Source of the DNA: Guillardia theta CCMP2712
Taxonomy: Eukaryota > Protista > Cryptophyta
Length of the DNA: 64,000 bases
NCBI RefSeq assembly: GCF_000315625.1
Contig: NW_005434669.1
Span: 1,087,245 to 1,151,244 of the forward strand
Direction of reading: 5' to 3'
Below, piece after piece: positions 50,359-61,957 of this stretch; within the stretch, counting starts at the first letter, position 1; every line of letters begins with the position of its first letter. Below the pieces are notes generated by a model. That model was not told the DNA's origin, ran no database searches, and saw nothing but the letters and a program-made list of their open reading frames with translations. A program made the translations under genes and the position numbers.

Positions 50359-51809
50359 TCAAACACGGACGCGAACATCTTCTGCGATCATGGCCTCGTA
50401 GATCTGCAGCACAAACTCTCGTCAGCTCCTCTCCCTCTTCGCAAGCTTCCTCACCTCACGAACAGCCGCGAGCATCGCGATCTCCGAGTTCAACTTGTTC
50501 ACAGCAGACCCTACACCAACTCCTGAAGCTCCAGCAGCAATGGCGAGGGGAGCGGTGATGGCGCTGATGCCAGAAGCCGCCATGGTGGGGATCTCAACGG
50601 CCTTGGAGATGGCTGAAATGGTGTCAGACGGCTGACCGATCGCGTTCCAGTCTTGTTTCTCTTGCCCCTCCCCGCTGTCCCACTTCTTCTTTCCTCCCCC
50701 CCTCTCCTTCCCTCTCCTCCTCCCTCCTCATTCCCCCCTTCGTCCTCACCAGCAGTGGCAGCAAGGGTGGGTGCTGCCTTCTCGATCAATCCCTGGATTC
50801 CTCCGGAGGAAGGCTTCATCGGCATGCCTCCCTCAGTCTGGATGATGGAAGCGCCGGCAGCCTCGAGAGCAAGAGCAAGGGAGACCTGCAGTCGAAGGCG
50901 TCAATGCCAGGAGGCAGAGGCAGAGGCAGAGGCAGAGGCAGAGGCAGAGGAGGAGGAGGAGGAGGAGGAGGAGGAGGAGGAGGAGGAGGAGGAGGAGGAG
51001 GAGGAGGAGGAGGAGGAGGAGGAGGAGGAGGAGGGGAGGAGGAGGAGGAGGAGCTCAACCTGCTCGTCGAGAGGAAGGGTGTGTGGCACGGTGACAGAGA
51101 CGGGGATGCTGGATCCAAGGATGTCGCGTGTACGCTCGGTGATGGCGAGAACCTAAAATGCACGAGCTCAGCCTGGCGCGAAGGAAAATGAAGCAACGCT
51201 GACCTCCTCTGCTGAAAACTTACGTCCCTGTGCATAGAACGAGTCGTAGTTTCCAATCTCGACCATGTTAGCGCCAGCCTGTCAGGAGCATTGTTTCAGT
51301 GTCGGGCACAACACAGATGTCTCAGCACCTTGACGGCAGCAAGAAAATCCTCAGCAACAACAGAGGAAACGCAAACTGGAACGTTTCCGATGGATCGGGC
51401 GAGCTGAACGAGCTTGGGGTCGCACGCGATGTCCACAAGGGTGGCACCTTCAAACCAACTTCAACTCGATTGCACAGCATGCTGATACGTCACCTCCAGC
51501 ATTGGCTGCGCGAACTACCGAGGCAACAGACTTCTCATCAAAGTTGTTCAATCCGGAGATGATCTGCGACCAGATATCTCAGTAAGATCGTCGAAAACGC
51601 GCCATGGTCTCCAGGAATCAGATCTTTACCTTGAGAGCGCGCCTCTGCTCGAACGGGAGCATGACGTCGCCCTTGGACATGGAACAGCGGGGGCCGAGGG
51701 GGAGGTTCCTGGACGCACGAGTAGGCAGGGCAGGGGAGAAGGCAGAGGAGGAAGAGAGTCCAAGGAGGAGCACGCATGTTGCTCCAGCTACCCGCCGCAT
51801 CGTGAACAT
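50359..51809 (-). CDS. ycf23: Nucleus-encoded, plastid-targeted Ycf23 (DUF561)
   Basis: Spliced ALKIISGLNNFD, ATLVDIACDP, GANMVEIGNYDSFYAQG, LSVTVPHTLPLDEQV, IIQTEGG, GLIEKAAPTLAA, ASGISAITAPLAIAAGASGVGVGSAVNKLNSEIAM; bipartite leader CVLLLGLSSSSA|FSPALP. Confidence 0.92.
50911..51053 (+). repeat. Compound (GAGGCA)n(GAG)n intron microsatellite in ycf23
   Basis: Directly visible. Confidence 0.95.
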
Positions 51810-51839
51810 GATCGAGATTGGAGGCCGCCGAGGAATACA

Positions 51840-52480
51840 CCACCCTATTGTACGCATCTGAATACCACCCCACCCTATATTTTGATACCCCTACCCACCA
51901 TGTTGGTATTCCACCGTCAAAAAGTCAATGGTTTGATAGGGAAAAGTACCCCTACTTTTGTGGCATCATATCACCCACCCGTGTTTCTATAACCCCCACC
52001 ATACAAAACATTCATCCACCCCAATCATCAACCCCACCCCCTGATGCGTCCATTTCTCCACCACCCCTTCTTCCACCACCCTACCTGCCAATCCATCATC
52101 AGCCCCCTTCAATTCCGCTTGTTGCAAGGGCTACCCCACCTTCTTGTTTCAAAAGTCGAACCCTACCATCTATTGATGAGAATTTTATCACCCTACCTAC
52201 CAAATCTCCCATTCTCGGTCAATCATGGACCCCTAGGGAAACATTTGAAAAGTACCGTACCCCCTAAGACTACATGTAACCTACCCCACAGGTGCAAGAT
52301 CATCACCACCCCTGCTACTCATGACAGACCTTGACTACCCTACCCTTTCAGCATTGTACCCCAATTGGAAATGCGGCTATTCGATATATACCACCCACCC
52401 AATGAACTACCATTACCCCCTGAAATGACTACCCTATTCTTTCCCACAAAATAACTACTACCCCACCCACCATGGTAAGA
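51840..52480. promoter_or_regulatory. ACCC/TACCC/CCACC-rich, G-poor block in the ycf23/UBE3D divergent promoter
   Basis: Strong C-over-G skew with repeated ACCCC/CTACC words; non-coding, not a tandem repeat. Confidence 0.5.
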
Positions 52481-52660
52481 GCAGCAGAAGGGCAGCAAGT
52501 ATTTACTAAGTTTGCTGCTAGGAGATGTTACAAAGGCAGCAGGCAATGCAGGATTCACCAATGCAGCTGATGGATCCCTGGATGACCTGCGACCCCCCCG
52601 TCGTCATGGCGCAGGTAATGATGATGGTAAGGGAGGCAAGATGATAGGAGATGAGCGAAG

Positions 52661-55600
52661 ATGGCCGTGGATGAGTCTCGCAGAGAGATGGCGATCGGCA
52701 GACGGTTCGGGATGGAGCTGGTAGCTGAGACCTCGTGGGTTCGGGCAGACTTCGTCCCTAGTGCCATGCCATTAAGAATTTTAGATTGAGATACGATTAG
52801 CAACTCGAGATGCGGGGTTTGTCATGATGATGATGATGATGATGATGATGATGTCTGATCGATCGGTACTAAGACCTTGTGAATGTAGCTGCTGCCTGCC
52901 CTGAAATCCCTTCGATGCGTCATCGGGGCATCGAGCGAGTGTCAAGTATCTGTTTCACAAACCTCGAGGAATGAAGTCCAGATTGATGTCATCAAAGAGG
53001 ATAGGACGTCATCACATGCCAGAGATTCTTGGGCTCGGTTTCAGAGGAAGATCACTGCAGAGCATGAGCTGAAGCAACTCGGCGCTCTCGAGGTAATTTT
53101 GTAGGGAGATCTTCATGGAGGTGAACTCTTGGACAGAAGCTACCATGTGACGTGCCACATGTGAATGTCTGGAATGTCAAGTATGTGCTTGAAGACACGA
53201 CGTGAGGCACCTTGCTTCTTGATGCTCTGAATCATGACTTTACTTTCGAAGATCCATCAGTAGTGAAATTCTTAACATGCGGGGTACTTCATCGGTACAA
53301 ACAGAAGGTCCTATATACACTTCCCTTGAACAGTCAGGGATTGACATCACGATACACTCATAGAGGAGATGAAGAAGTTGAAGCAAGTGTACTGCTCGAC
53401 TTGCGGTGCGCAGCTTACCAAACAAGGTAACGTGTCTTGAAAGTCGTCCTGAGCTCTGGGATGACTACCTTGAAACAGCTGCATTCCAAAGAATCCTGCC
53501 GCTGCCTTCTCCCTTTTGGTATGAACTTGCAGACCTGTGGATATGCCACGACGACTTTCGGTCCCTCTTGTTGTCTCAACGACGGAGGTAGAATGACAAC
53601 CTGCAGTTGTCGATCTCCAATGGCAAATCTTTCCCCAGCGAATCTTCGGCCACGTGTTGGCGATTGCTTGTACAGGTAGAGAAAGGTATGCTGTGTCAAT
53701 GTTCTCATCCACGTTCTCTTCACAGTGAACATTATCTCTTGTTGAATGCAGCAGACTTTGCAGATGGTGCGATCAGGTTCAAGACGAAAACTTACACTTT
53801 TCCGAATCCATCTTCCTCCTTCTCATCATCACCACCAAATTCTCCACCTCCACTCTCAACCTCAACTTCAATCACGAGCATTATCATCGCCACACACTGC
53901 GGATTCTCTTCTTCCTTTCAGCCCTTGTGGTTTTCCTGCATGTGAACGGCTGACGGCCAGGTGGGTGAGTTTGGCAGCAAGTGCAGAGCCTTCAGCTGTG
54001 GATTGGAGGGGGGTTGCCTGCTCAAGATGCGAGGGGATTCTCGGAGAAGCTCTCGTTGGGTCACAGGTAGGACTGCATTGCTCTTCCCTGCTTTTCTTTT
54101 GTGAGTATCTTTTCCTCTCTTGCAAGTCGTCGGAAAAGAGCCAGGAAGACGAAAAGTCTGAAAGTTTATTGCCGACGTCTGCCAAACAAAAGGGGAATGC
54201 AAAGAAGCGTCCTCGAATTCACAGCAAACGAGCTTCATCTGAGGATGTAAATCTTTTGCTGATTTTTTGTGCCGAGAAGTTTCCCGTTTGAATCGAGCAT
54301 CAAACCTGTTCTGATCAAATTGCAAACAGAATGGACAAGAAGGCTCGCTTTGGGATGCTACGTTTGCTCAGGACTCCACACTATCAGAGGCGCGAGCTCT
54401 TGTTCCTGGATTAGATCTCACCAACGCATCTGCTGAGCCAGTGAGCCTGACGCTTGACATGTGATGTTGATATGACACGGGGGCAGGGAGGGCTGACCGT
54501 TGTCATGTACGACGGGTCAAAAATACCATGGGAGACCATCTCAGCTGCAACCAGCGACAAGATACACAGTGACAACGCAGAAGAAAAGAGGAAGAGTACG
54601 AGAATCCCTCACAAGACTCGACTCGACAAAGGGCCGTCAAGTGATGTCAGGCTGTTCAAGCAAGTAAGCCGACCAGTCAGCCACCCGCGTCTTCCGTCTC
54701 CTCACGTTGCTGCCTCAGTGGATCTCCAGCAACGTGGACGCTGGAGGGCCCGGCGACATTTTCGCCTCTTGCACTGGTCAGCTAGCTTAGCTGGTTCCAA
54801 CTCACTGGTGATGACGTCAATCTCAGTGCTGCGAAGACTGGCTCATGACATGGCGGAGGTAACGTTGTGGTCAGACTTGAACTTTCAGGAGATGAGATTG
54901 GAGTAGATCGCTGGGGCTCATTGCAACTACCGCTTCCTGTTGAGGAGCAGGACGGAGGCGGGCATGCCTGTCAACTTCCTTCTCCTCTCCTTGCTGGGGC
55001 AGCGCAGGTAGTCAGAGGAGCAAGCAACGAGTTTGAGCTGACAGGTTCCAGCACGATACTGTCCAACTGCCTGGGCAGCATTAAAGACCCTGCCTTCTCG
55101 GTGCTGTCTTCTCTTGCCGTAGTGCAGATGCTGATCATGCTGCAGGAACCTCAAGACTCGGCGATGGAGGAGACGATTCCGAGGTTGACTTTCCTTCTCC
55201 GCAGCAACCTCTTCCAATACTCCCAACTCCACGTCCTTCTTCACTTGGAACATCACCATCACTAGCTCCTCTCCTTGCTCTGCACCCCCTCGTTGGCTAA
55301 GTACGAGGGCAGGGCACAAGTCCTTCAGTGCTTGTTTGTTTCCTTCTCCACCGATCATTCAGTGGCTACGGGTCTTCTCAGTCAGGCAAGTCGCACTATG
55401 CCGCACGCTGCTGCTTGACTCGCTGGTGGCAGTGGAACGAGAAGTCGCCGAACTCTATAGAGACTCTCGACTACATGTATGCTTGTGTATCCCATCCCTT
55501 CATCTTTTCCCTGCTCTCTCTTTCGCCGTTCTCGTTCTAGAGTCCCTACTTCCACTCCCCCCCTCCACTTGCCCCCTCCACTTCTTCCTCCTCTCAACCC

Positions 55601-55810
55601 TCAGAGCCTCTCCTTTACATCTTCTGATCCTCTCCTCTTCTTGTACGTGACAGGGACGAAGAATGCTCGCACATCCTCGAAGCCCTCCAGCAGAGCACCC
55701 TCCTCATGCCTCCCACCCAGCGGATCCTCAACGGTCGAGCAGCAAGCATGTAGTTACGATGTCACTGAGATTTTCTTCCAGGCCTTCCCGTTGGATTCTT
55801 ACCCGTGTAG
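52661..55810 (+). CDS. UBE3D: UBE3D / Ipa1-like protein (HECT_2 family), multi-exon
   Basis: RILPLPSPFWYELADLWICH signature (~53490-53550), VACSRCEGILGE, spliced C-terminus LQQSTLLMPPTQRILNGLPVGFLPV*. Start uncertain. Confidence 0.75.
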
Positions 55811-55934
55811 CTGGCCCAGTGGTTTGAATCAACCTTTCAATCTCAGTGGCTCCTTTTCCACTGACCTCGCTTGTATGTGTGTTACTAGGCTATGTAAACT
55901 TAAGTCCGAGGCAGGCTTCCGATTTCGCTGAGGC

Positions 55935-56145
55935 TTACTGTGGCCGCCCGCGCCGCCGTCGTCCGCGGGGGCCCCATTGAATCCCTTGCGGCAACTTCCC
56001 GGACCGTGGCCGAACGGCAGCTCGCCGGCGGCCCGGCGCTGAACCAGGCCCAGGGTGACCGAAGGCTCGGTTGTCACGGTCGGTCGGATCGGATGTCGGC
56101 CCCAGGGCCGCAGCCGGGGCCGCCCGGCCCGGACTCCGGGAACTG
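55935..56145. promoter_or_regulatory. GC/CpG-rich intergenic island
   Basis: GGCCCGG, GTCACGGTCGGTCGGATCGGAT; lies between UBE3D and NDUFA9. Confidence 0.5.
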
Positions 56146-56983
56146 ATTGTTCTGCAAAAGGAACAATTTTTCTTCCTCGTCTGCTAGCATTCTGATAGGA
56201 CCATAGGACCTCTCCTACTAGACTAGCATGTATTTCCTGAATAAACAGAAGGGTCCTAGGAAGTACCCCCTTCCCCTCAGTATGCTATGAAAAATAGGGT
56301 ACAACAGTATTGCTTGGTACTAGGAATAATATAGCCCAGGCTGGGTTGAGGTTTTATCATGGTCCTAGAGTAAGGCATAGGAAGGTCATATCTGAGGTCA
56401 TAGCGAAAATCAGTCAACTGTCGACGGAAGATGCTGAGCGTCGCGCGGAGGAGCGGAAGTGAGTATGAGAGGATGAGAGGATGAGAGCAAGGAGGAGGAG
56501 GAGGAAGAGGAGGAAGAGGAGGAGGAGGAAAGAGAGGAGGAGGTGACAAGGTTATCAGACGAGGAGAGTACTGATGAGAGGGGAAGAAGACGAGAGTGGA
56601 AGTTAGGATAGTCCCAGGAAGCAGGAAGCAATCAAGTTCAAAGACGATTGTGACACGATGATGAACGATTATTGCTGGAATCATTTGAATTGCCTACAAG
56701 ATTCATTAGAGGGCTGGATGAGACACGTATAGAGGATTGTGGTGAAGGATATTGATTGCGCTCGATGCCGACAATGAATGGCCGATGTTGAATGTTGAGA
56801 TGGAGCAGCGTCATTGGGCAGAAGGAGAACGAACCATTGCGTGATTGTAGAAACTGGGTGTTCGTTGGAGGGTATCAGCAACACGTAGAAAGAGTAGAAA
56901 GGGGGATTTTGTTTTTTAATGTTGCAAATAGTTTTAGCAGTCGTAGTGAGATTAGACTAATGTAGACAAGCAGCATAGCATCA

Positions 56984-58797
56984 ATGCTCCGGGACTCTTG
57001 TGCCAGAGCATCCTAACCTTCATTGATGATGTTTACAGGAAGCGTCTTCACGCAGACGAAGCGTTTCATCAGCACAGAAGTGCTCTCCCTGCGCGGCGGC
57101 CGCAGCTCCGTGAGTTAGCTCTTGATGTCTTGATACCATCTTGACCCTCCTCGTTCAGGTGACAGGTGTTGTTGCCACCGTCTTCGGCAGCACGGGGTTT
57201 GTTGCAAGATATGTTGTTAACAAGCTCGGTAGGGTTGGAACTCAAGTAAGTCGTGTTCGTTGGCGCTGTGCTACCTGCTGACATAGCATCCTTGCAAAGT
57301 GCGTTGTTCCCCACCGCATTTACAGTGAGGACAGGGGTCGACATCTCAAGTGAGTGCATCTCTGCACACCAAACAACAAGCACATAATTGTTGAAGATTG
57401 TGCTGGATCCCGTCTGATCGGTGTTGTGGTTTTCAGGGTTATGGGGGATCTTGGTATGATCGTACCGATGCCATTCCACGCTCGTGATCCGGAATCGATC
57501 GCCGAGGCATGGCTGTTGTGCGAGTTTGAAAGTTGTTGAAGTTTGCTTTTCAGTGTGTGAAGGAGTCAGATGTCGTTATCAACCTTATGGGCAAGCAGGA
57601 GAAGGTTCATGAAGTGCTTATGGTTTCAGTTGGTCCATGACTTGCTGTATCCTGTAGACATTCAATTTCGATTTCTTTGGATCCAATGTCGAGGCCGTTT
57701 CTACGCTTGCTAAGGTAATGCGTGTAAGCGCTTCGCAGCGATGATGATGATGATGTTGTTGTGCAGATCAGCAAGGAGTGCGGTGTTCCGCGATTCATCC
57801 ACCTGTCGTCGGTTGCAGCAGACGAGCAATCAGAATCTACTTGGTTGCGTTGCAAGGCACTCGGCGAGAAGGCAGTGTTGGATTACTATCCTAACGCCGC
57901 CATCCTCCGATCCAACGTCATCTTCGGCGAGGAGGACAAGTTCCTCAACAACATGGCCAAGTGGGCTCGAATCTACGGTAGGCTTTTGAATGCCTCGACT
58001 TACTAGAGGTGATGGTATGATCGCAGGTTACGTCCCTATCATTGGATCCGGGAAGAACATCGTTCACCCTATCTACGTTGATGACGTGGCTGAGGTCAGA
58101 AGATTGGCTTGTTTCCTTCCGCGCCAGAGCGGTCACCCGCTGCTGGTTCTCAGGCCATCCGCGCTTGTACGTATGACGACTCCTACGACGGACAAATCGT
58201 CGAGCTCAACGGCCCAGAAGCCTGGACGCTCCCTGATGTGAAATAATCTCCCCACTGCCTACGCCAGCTGACCTCCCTGCCAGATCGCGAACTGGGTGAG
58301 AGAAACTTGCTGGATCGCAGAGACCTCGAGGATCCGAAGGGTAAGTCGCATGATACCGCATGTTGCTCGACTGAAGCCCTGCAGTTCCCCGACTTGTCGG
58401 AATACCTTCCCGAGTCGTTGAAGCACCTCTCTCCTCACAACATGGTCGGTGGGATCACCGACTCCTACCTCGGGCTGTGGCCTAGCGACGTTTTCGGGCC
58501 CATGTCTATGCTCGGAATTCGTGGGGACTTCAGGGCTCTCAACTGCAATAGCTGGGTGAGAGCTGGGGTTCAGCTGGAGAGGTTGGACGGGCTAAAGTTT
58601 GTTGGCAGACTGTCAACAAGCGTCTACCTCAGATTGACTCGTTTGACATCGTGCCAACGAAGTTCACGGAGATCGCGTAAGACTCTCGCGACCTTGTAGC
58701 TGAGTCGCTGACGCTTTTGCCTAGGCCGGAGTATCTGAGAAACTACCGCCCGGGAGGACATTTCAGTGTTTTGCACAAGAAGGAGGACGTGCTGTAG
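56984..58797 (+). CDS. NDUFA9: Mitochondrial complex I 39-kDa accessory subunit (SDR fold)
   Basis: [89 protein letters not shown]. First exon uncertain. Confidence 0.93.
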
Positions 58798-58967
58798 AGG
58801 AGAGTCGACCTCAGCCAGCAGTCTGCTCCCTTTCTTACGGCCTCCTGTGTCGAATCATTGTATCTGTCGATAAACTTGTTGCGTGCTTTCATGTACAACT
58901 TGTCGCCATTTTACAATCTATAAGTTATCTCAAGCGGCTCTCCTTTTGGAGTCAGCAGACTTAAGGT

Positions 58968-60605
58968 CTAGCTGTACCGCTGCTGAAACCCGATGCCGTT
59001 GGCACCATCCGTTATGCTGAAGTATCGAGCATCGTCCGTGGACCCGTGGTCCCACTCCCCCTCATGAACTCGCTGCAGCGTGAGGGGGTTGAGGACGTTG
59101 ATGTTGTGATCGTTGTCTACCCCCTTGTTGTGTCCCGCCTTGATCCCATCGGACGCTGTCAGATGGACTGCCGTCACTGTGTTGCTGCAGTCGATAGTCG
59201 CTACACCCTCGGTGTGGACCGCGTGGTCCACCAGCCAGTTGTCATACGACCTTCTCCCCACCACGAAGTTGGGCACGTCGTTCCAGTTCAGCCACCCGCG
59301 GGAGTAGATGAAGTAATCCTCCGCATCATTCTGAAACAGCTCTCCCCTTGTCGCCATTGCACGAACTTCGTCATCAGAACTCAGCATCTCGTTCGCAAGG
59401 TCCACATTCAGCCTCTTGCCGATGAGCAGCACTCCTTTCATCTTCCCGAGCGCGAGGTCCGGGCCCCATCGCGCCTTGACAGCCTCGGCCGTCTTGAGGA
59501 GATCTTCGGTGAAGATGATGTCACCGTTGGTGTAGCCGTCAAGCACGAAACGGTCCATCTGAGGGCACTTGTCCTTATGTGCGATGTAGTTGTACATGTA
59601 GTTCAGCAGGGGAGTCCCCGCGCTGTTCGTCTCGAACCTGTCGACCACCTCGATCCCGTACATCTTCGCCTTCATCGTCCACTTGGGAGAGTCGGTGAAC
59701 AGATACGCCTTGAGCCCCTTGCCAGACAACCTCGCAAACGATCGCAGAGCGTTCTCCTGGGCCATCTCCTTCCTAGGGTCCCCGTTGTCCATGAACGTAG
59801 TCACCAGCGTGACAAGAACCTTGCAAGGATCGATCTCCACAGCCACCTGGTGGACCGCAGGCTGACGCTGAAGAAAGTTTGGGGCCGCGTATGAAGCAGC
59901 AGGCGCACTCAGTGCTGATACAACTTGCCCGCCATTCCCGTTGGCCGCACTGAAGAAATCCGATCTTGTCGGTTGCTGCAGTTGAGGAAACAGCTCGGGG
60001 GTGGCAGCTGTAGCCGCCGATGCATTCCAGACCCGCGGCGCCAGTGCTCTTCCCTGTTGCAGGCCTTGGGTAGCAACGTTGTGTTGCATGGTGATGCCGC
60101 GGCTGTTGAGGAGCTGCATGAGCGCGGGGTTGTTGATATGGCGATTCAGCATCAGAAGTCTCGCCCTCTCCGTGTCGACGTGAGTGATGCGAGGATAACG
60201 AATCGGAGCACGAGCGGAGAATGCCATGCCCTTCAAACTCCTTGCCTGAGGGTTGGATGGAGCAAGAGATAAGCTTTGCTCGCGCTGTGAAGTCGCCTTG
60301 TCCACGCTTGTTTTCAACTCAGGTTTCTCACCATGCTGTTTCTTGCCATGCAGACAGTCTTTCAGCTTCTTGTTGGCCTCAAGTATCTTCATGTTCATCG
60401 AGCGGAGTTCTTTCTTCATCTCAACTACCATGGATTCTTCTTTCCTAGCCAAAGGGTCCTCGACCCCTCCCGCGAGGAGGTAGCGCTCGTCTTCAGCGTA
60501 TGCCATCGCCTCCTGACGAACATTCCACACGAGGACGAGGAAGACAACGAGGCCTGAGAGCACGACAAGAGGCAGGAGATCTTGCTTCGACACAGGATGC
60601 TGCAT
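58968..60605 (-). CDS. Type II membrane glycosyltransferase-like protein (GT-A-type), intronless CDS
   Basis: N-terminal TM anchor, coiled-coil/low-complexity stem, C-terminal domain with LVTTF, GTPLL, GYTNGDIIF, AEDYFI, FVVGRRSYDNWLV, AVHLT. Confidence 0.65.
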   Translation of the reverse strand: MQHPVSKQDLLPLVVLSGLVVFLVLVWNVRQEAMAYAEDERYLLAGGVEDPLARKEESMVVEMKKELRSMNMKILEANKKLKDCLHGKKQHGEKPELKTSVDKATSQREQSLSLAPSNPQARSLKGMAFSARAPIRYPRITHVDTERARLLMLNRHINNPALMQLLNSRGITMQHNVATQGLQQGRALAPRVWNASAATAATPELFPQLQQPTRSDFFSAANGNGGQVVSALSAPAASYAAPNFLQRQPAVHQVAVEIDPCKVLVTLVTTFMDNGDPRKEMAQENALRSFARLSGKGLKAYLFTDSPKWTMKAKMYGIEVVDRFETNSAGTPLLNYMYNYIAHKDKCPQMDRFVLDGYTNGDIIFTEDLLKTAEAVKARWGPDLALGKMKGVLLIGKRLNVDLANEMLSSDDEVRAMATRGELFQNDAEDYFIYSRGWLNWNDVPNFVVGRRSYDNWLVDHAVHTEGVATIDCSNTVTAVHLTASDGIKAGHNKGVDNDHNINVLNPLTLQRVHEGEWDHGSTDDARYFSITDGANGIGFQQRYS

Positions 60606-60854
60606 TGGCGACGTAAAGATGAGGGTGGGAGATAAACAGAGAGGACGAAGGGGTTACAGAGACGAAGACTAGAGGAGAGGAGAGGAGAGGAGAGATAAGG
60701 AGAGGAAAGTAGAAGAGGAGCAGAGGACTAGGGAGAGGAGAGGAGAGGAGAGGAAAGATCAGCGACGCTAGGCAAAACCATTGCGCACCAAGGGGTGGAG
60801 GAACAAGGGTCCTCCGATTTTCCATCTTTCAGCAAAGGGAGCAAAGGTAATAAA

Positions 60855-61095
60855 GGCCCGGTAGGTCGCCGGGGCCCGGTCGGCCCGGGCCGCTGCCGCT
60901 GCCGGGCCTGCTGCGGTTTGGGACTCAAAGTCTCGGAGGTTTTTCAGGCCGCCCAGTCACGGTTTGGCGGCGGCCCGGGCCCGAGGCGTCCGGGCCCCTG
61001 ATTGTGACTTCACTGTCACGGTCAGGGCCCGGCCGGCCCGGGGAACAGTCACTACCAGGCTGTGAGAACCAACGGCGATCACTGGCAGCAGGACT
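60855..61095. promoter_or_regulatory. GC/CpG-rich intergenic island
   Basis: Multiple CCGGGCCCG words and CAGTCAC; lies between tandem minus-strand genes. Confidence 0.5.
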
Positions 61096-61453
61096 CCAAT
61101 GATGTTGTCCGACGCTGCTGGTGGTTGATGTTCAGTGTCGCTGTTGGTTGATATTAACAGCCAACATCGTGAGTTGAAGCTTGTCTAGTCATAAAATTCT
61201 CCTCTCATCACTGAAAAAGCTTCCAGGCCATCCATTCATAAGTCTCAAATCATTTCAATCAGTGCTTTTAAATTACAACAGTTGGTATCATAGTATTCAG
61301 TTTCAGTTTAAATCACGGCACTTGAAGGCTGGGCGTGTTCAGTCTTGCTTCAGCTTGAGAATGTCTTGCACGCAAACATCAAGATCGCAGGAGGCCTGCG
61401 GATGAGATGAGAGAGGAGTGAGAGTGAGAGAACAACTCGACGAACCTGCGAGG

Positions 61454-61911
61454 CTACATAGCGGAACTCGAGCTCCTGTGACATTGCATTTCAGAATCAG
61501 AATCAACAAGTTTCAGTTCGTGAGAAGAAGGGGAACGGGAACAGGGAGAGAGGAGAGGAGAGGAGAGGAGAGGAGAGGAGAGGAGAGGAGAGGAGAGGAG
61601 AGGAGAGGAGAGGAGAGGAGAGGAGAGGAGAGGAGGGCGAAGGAGAAGAAGGGATGTTATGTGAAGTATGAAGTGAAGGAAGTGGGAAAAGGGTAAGTAG
61701 TAGAGAAGAAGACAACACAAACTCAAGGGAGAGGAGGAGGAGGAGGAGGAGGAGGAGGAGGAGGAGGAGGAGGAGGAGGAAGAGAAGGAGGAGGAGGAGG
61801 AGGGAGGAGGAGGAGGATAAACCTCGAGAAATTCGTTCTGCTGCAGAGCTTCGAGAATCATCTTCTTCCTCTCATGATGACTAACTGCCCCTTGACCTTC
61901 ATTTTTCCTCT

Positions 61912-61957
<46 letters not shown>

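Noticed and set aside
57078-57110. LRGG motif in NDUFA9 as a ubiquitin mimic
   Set aside because: It is the conserved GGRSS N-terminal motif of NDUFA9.
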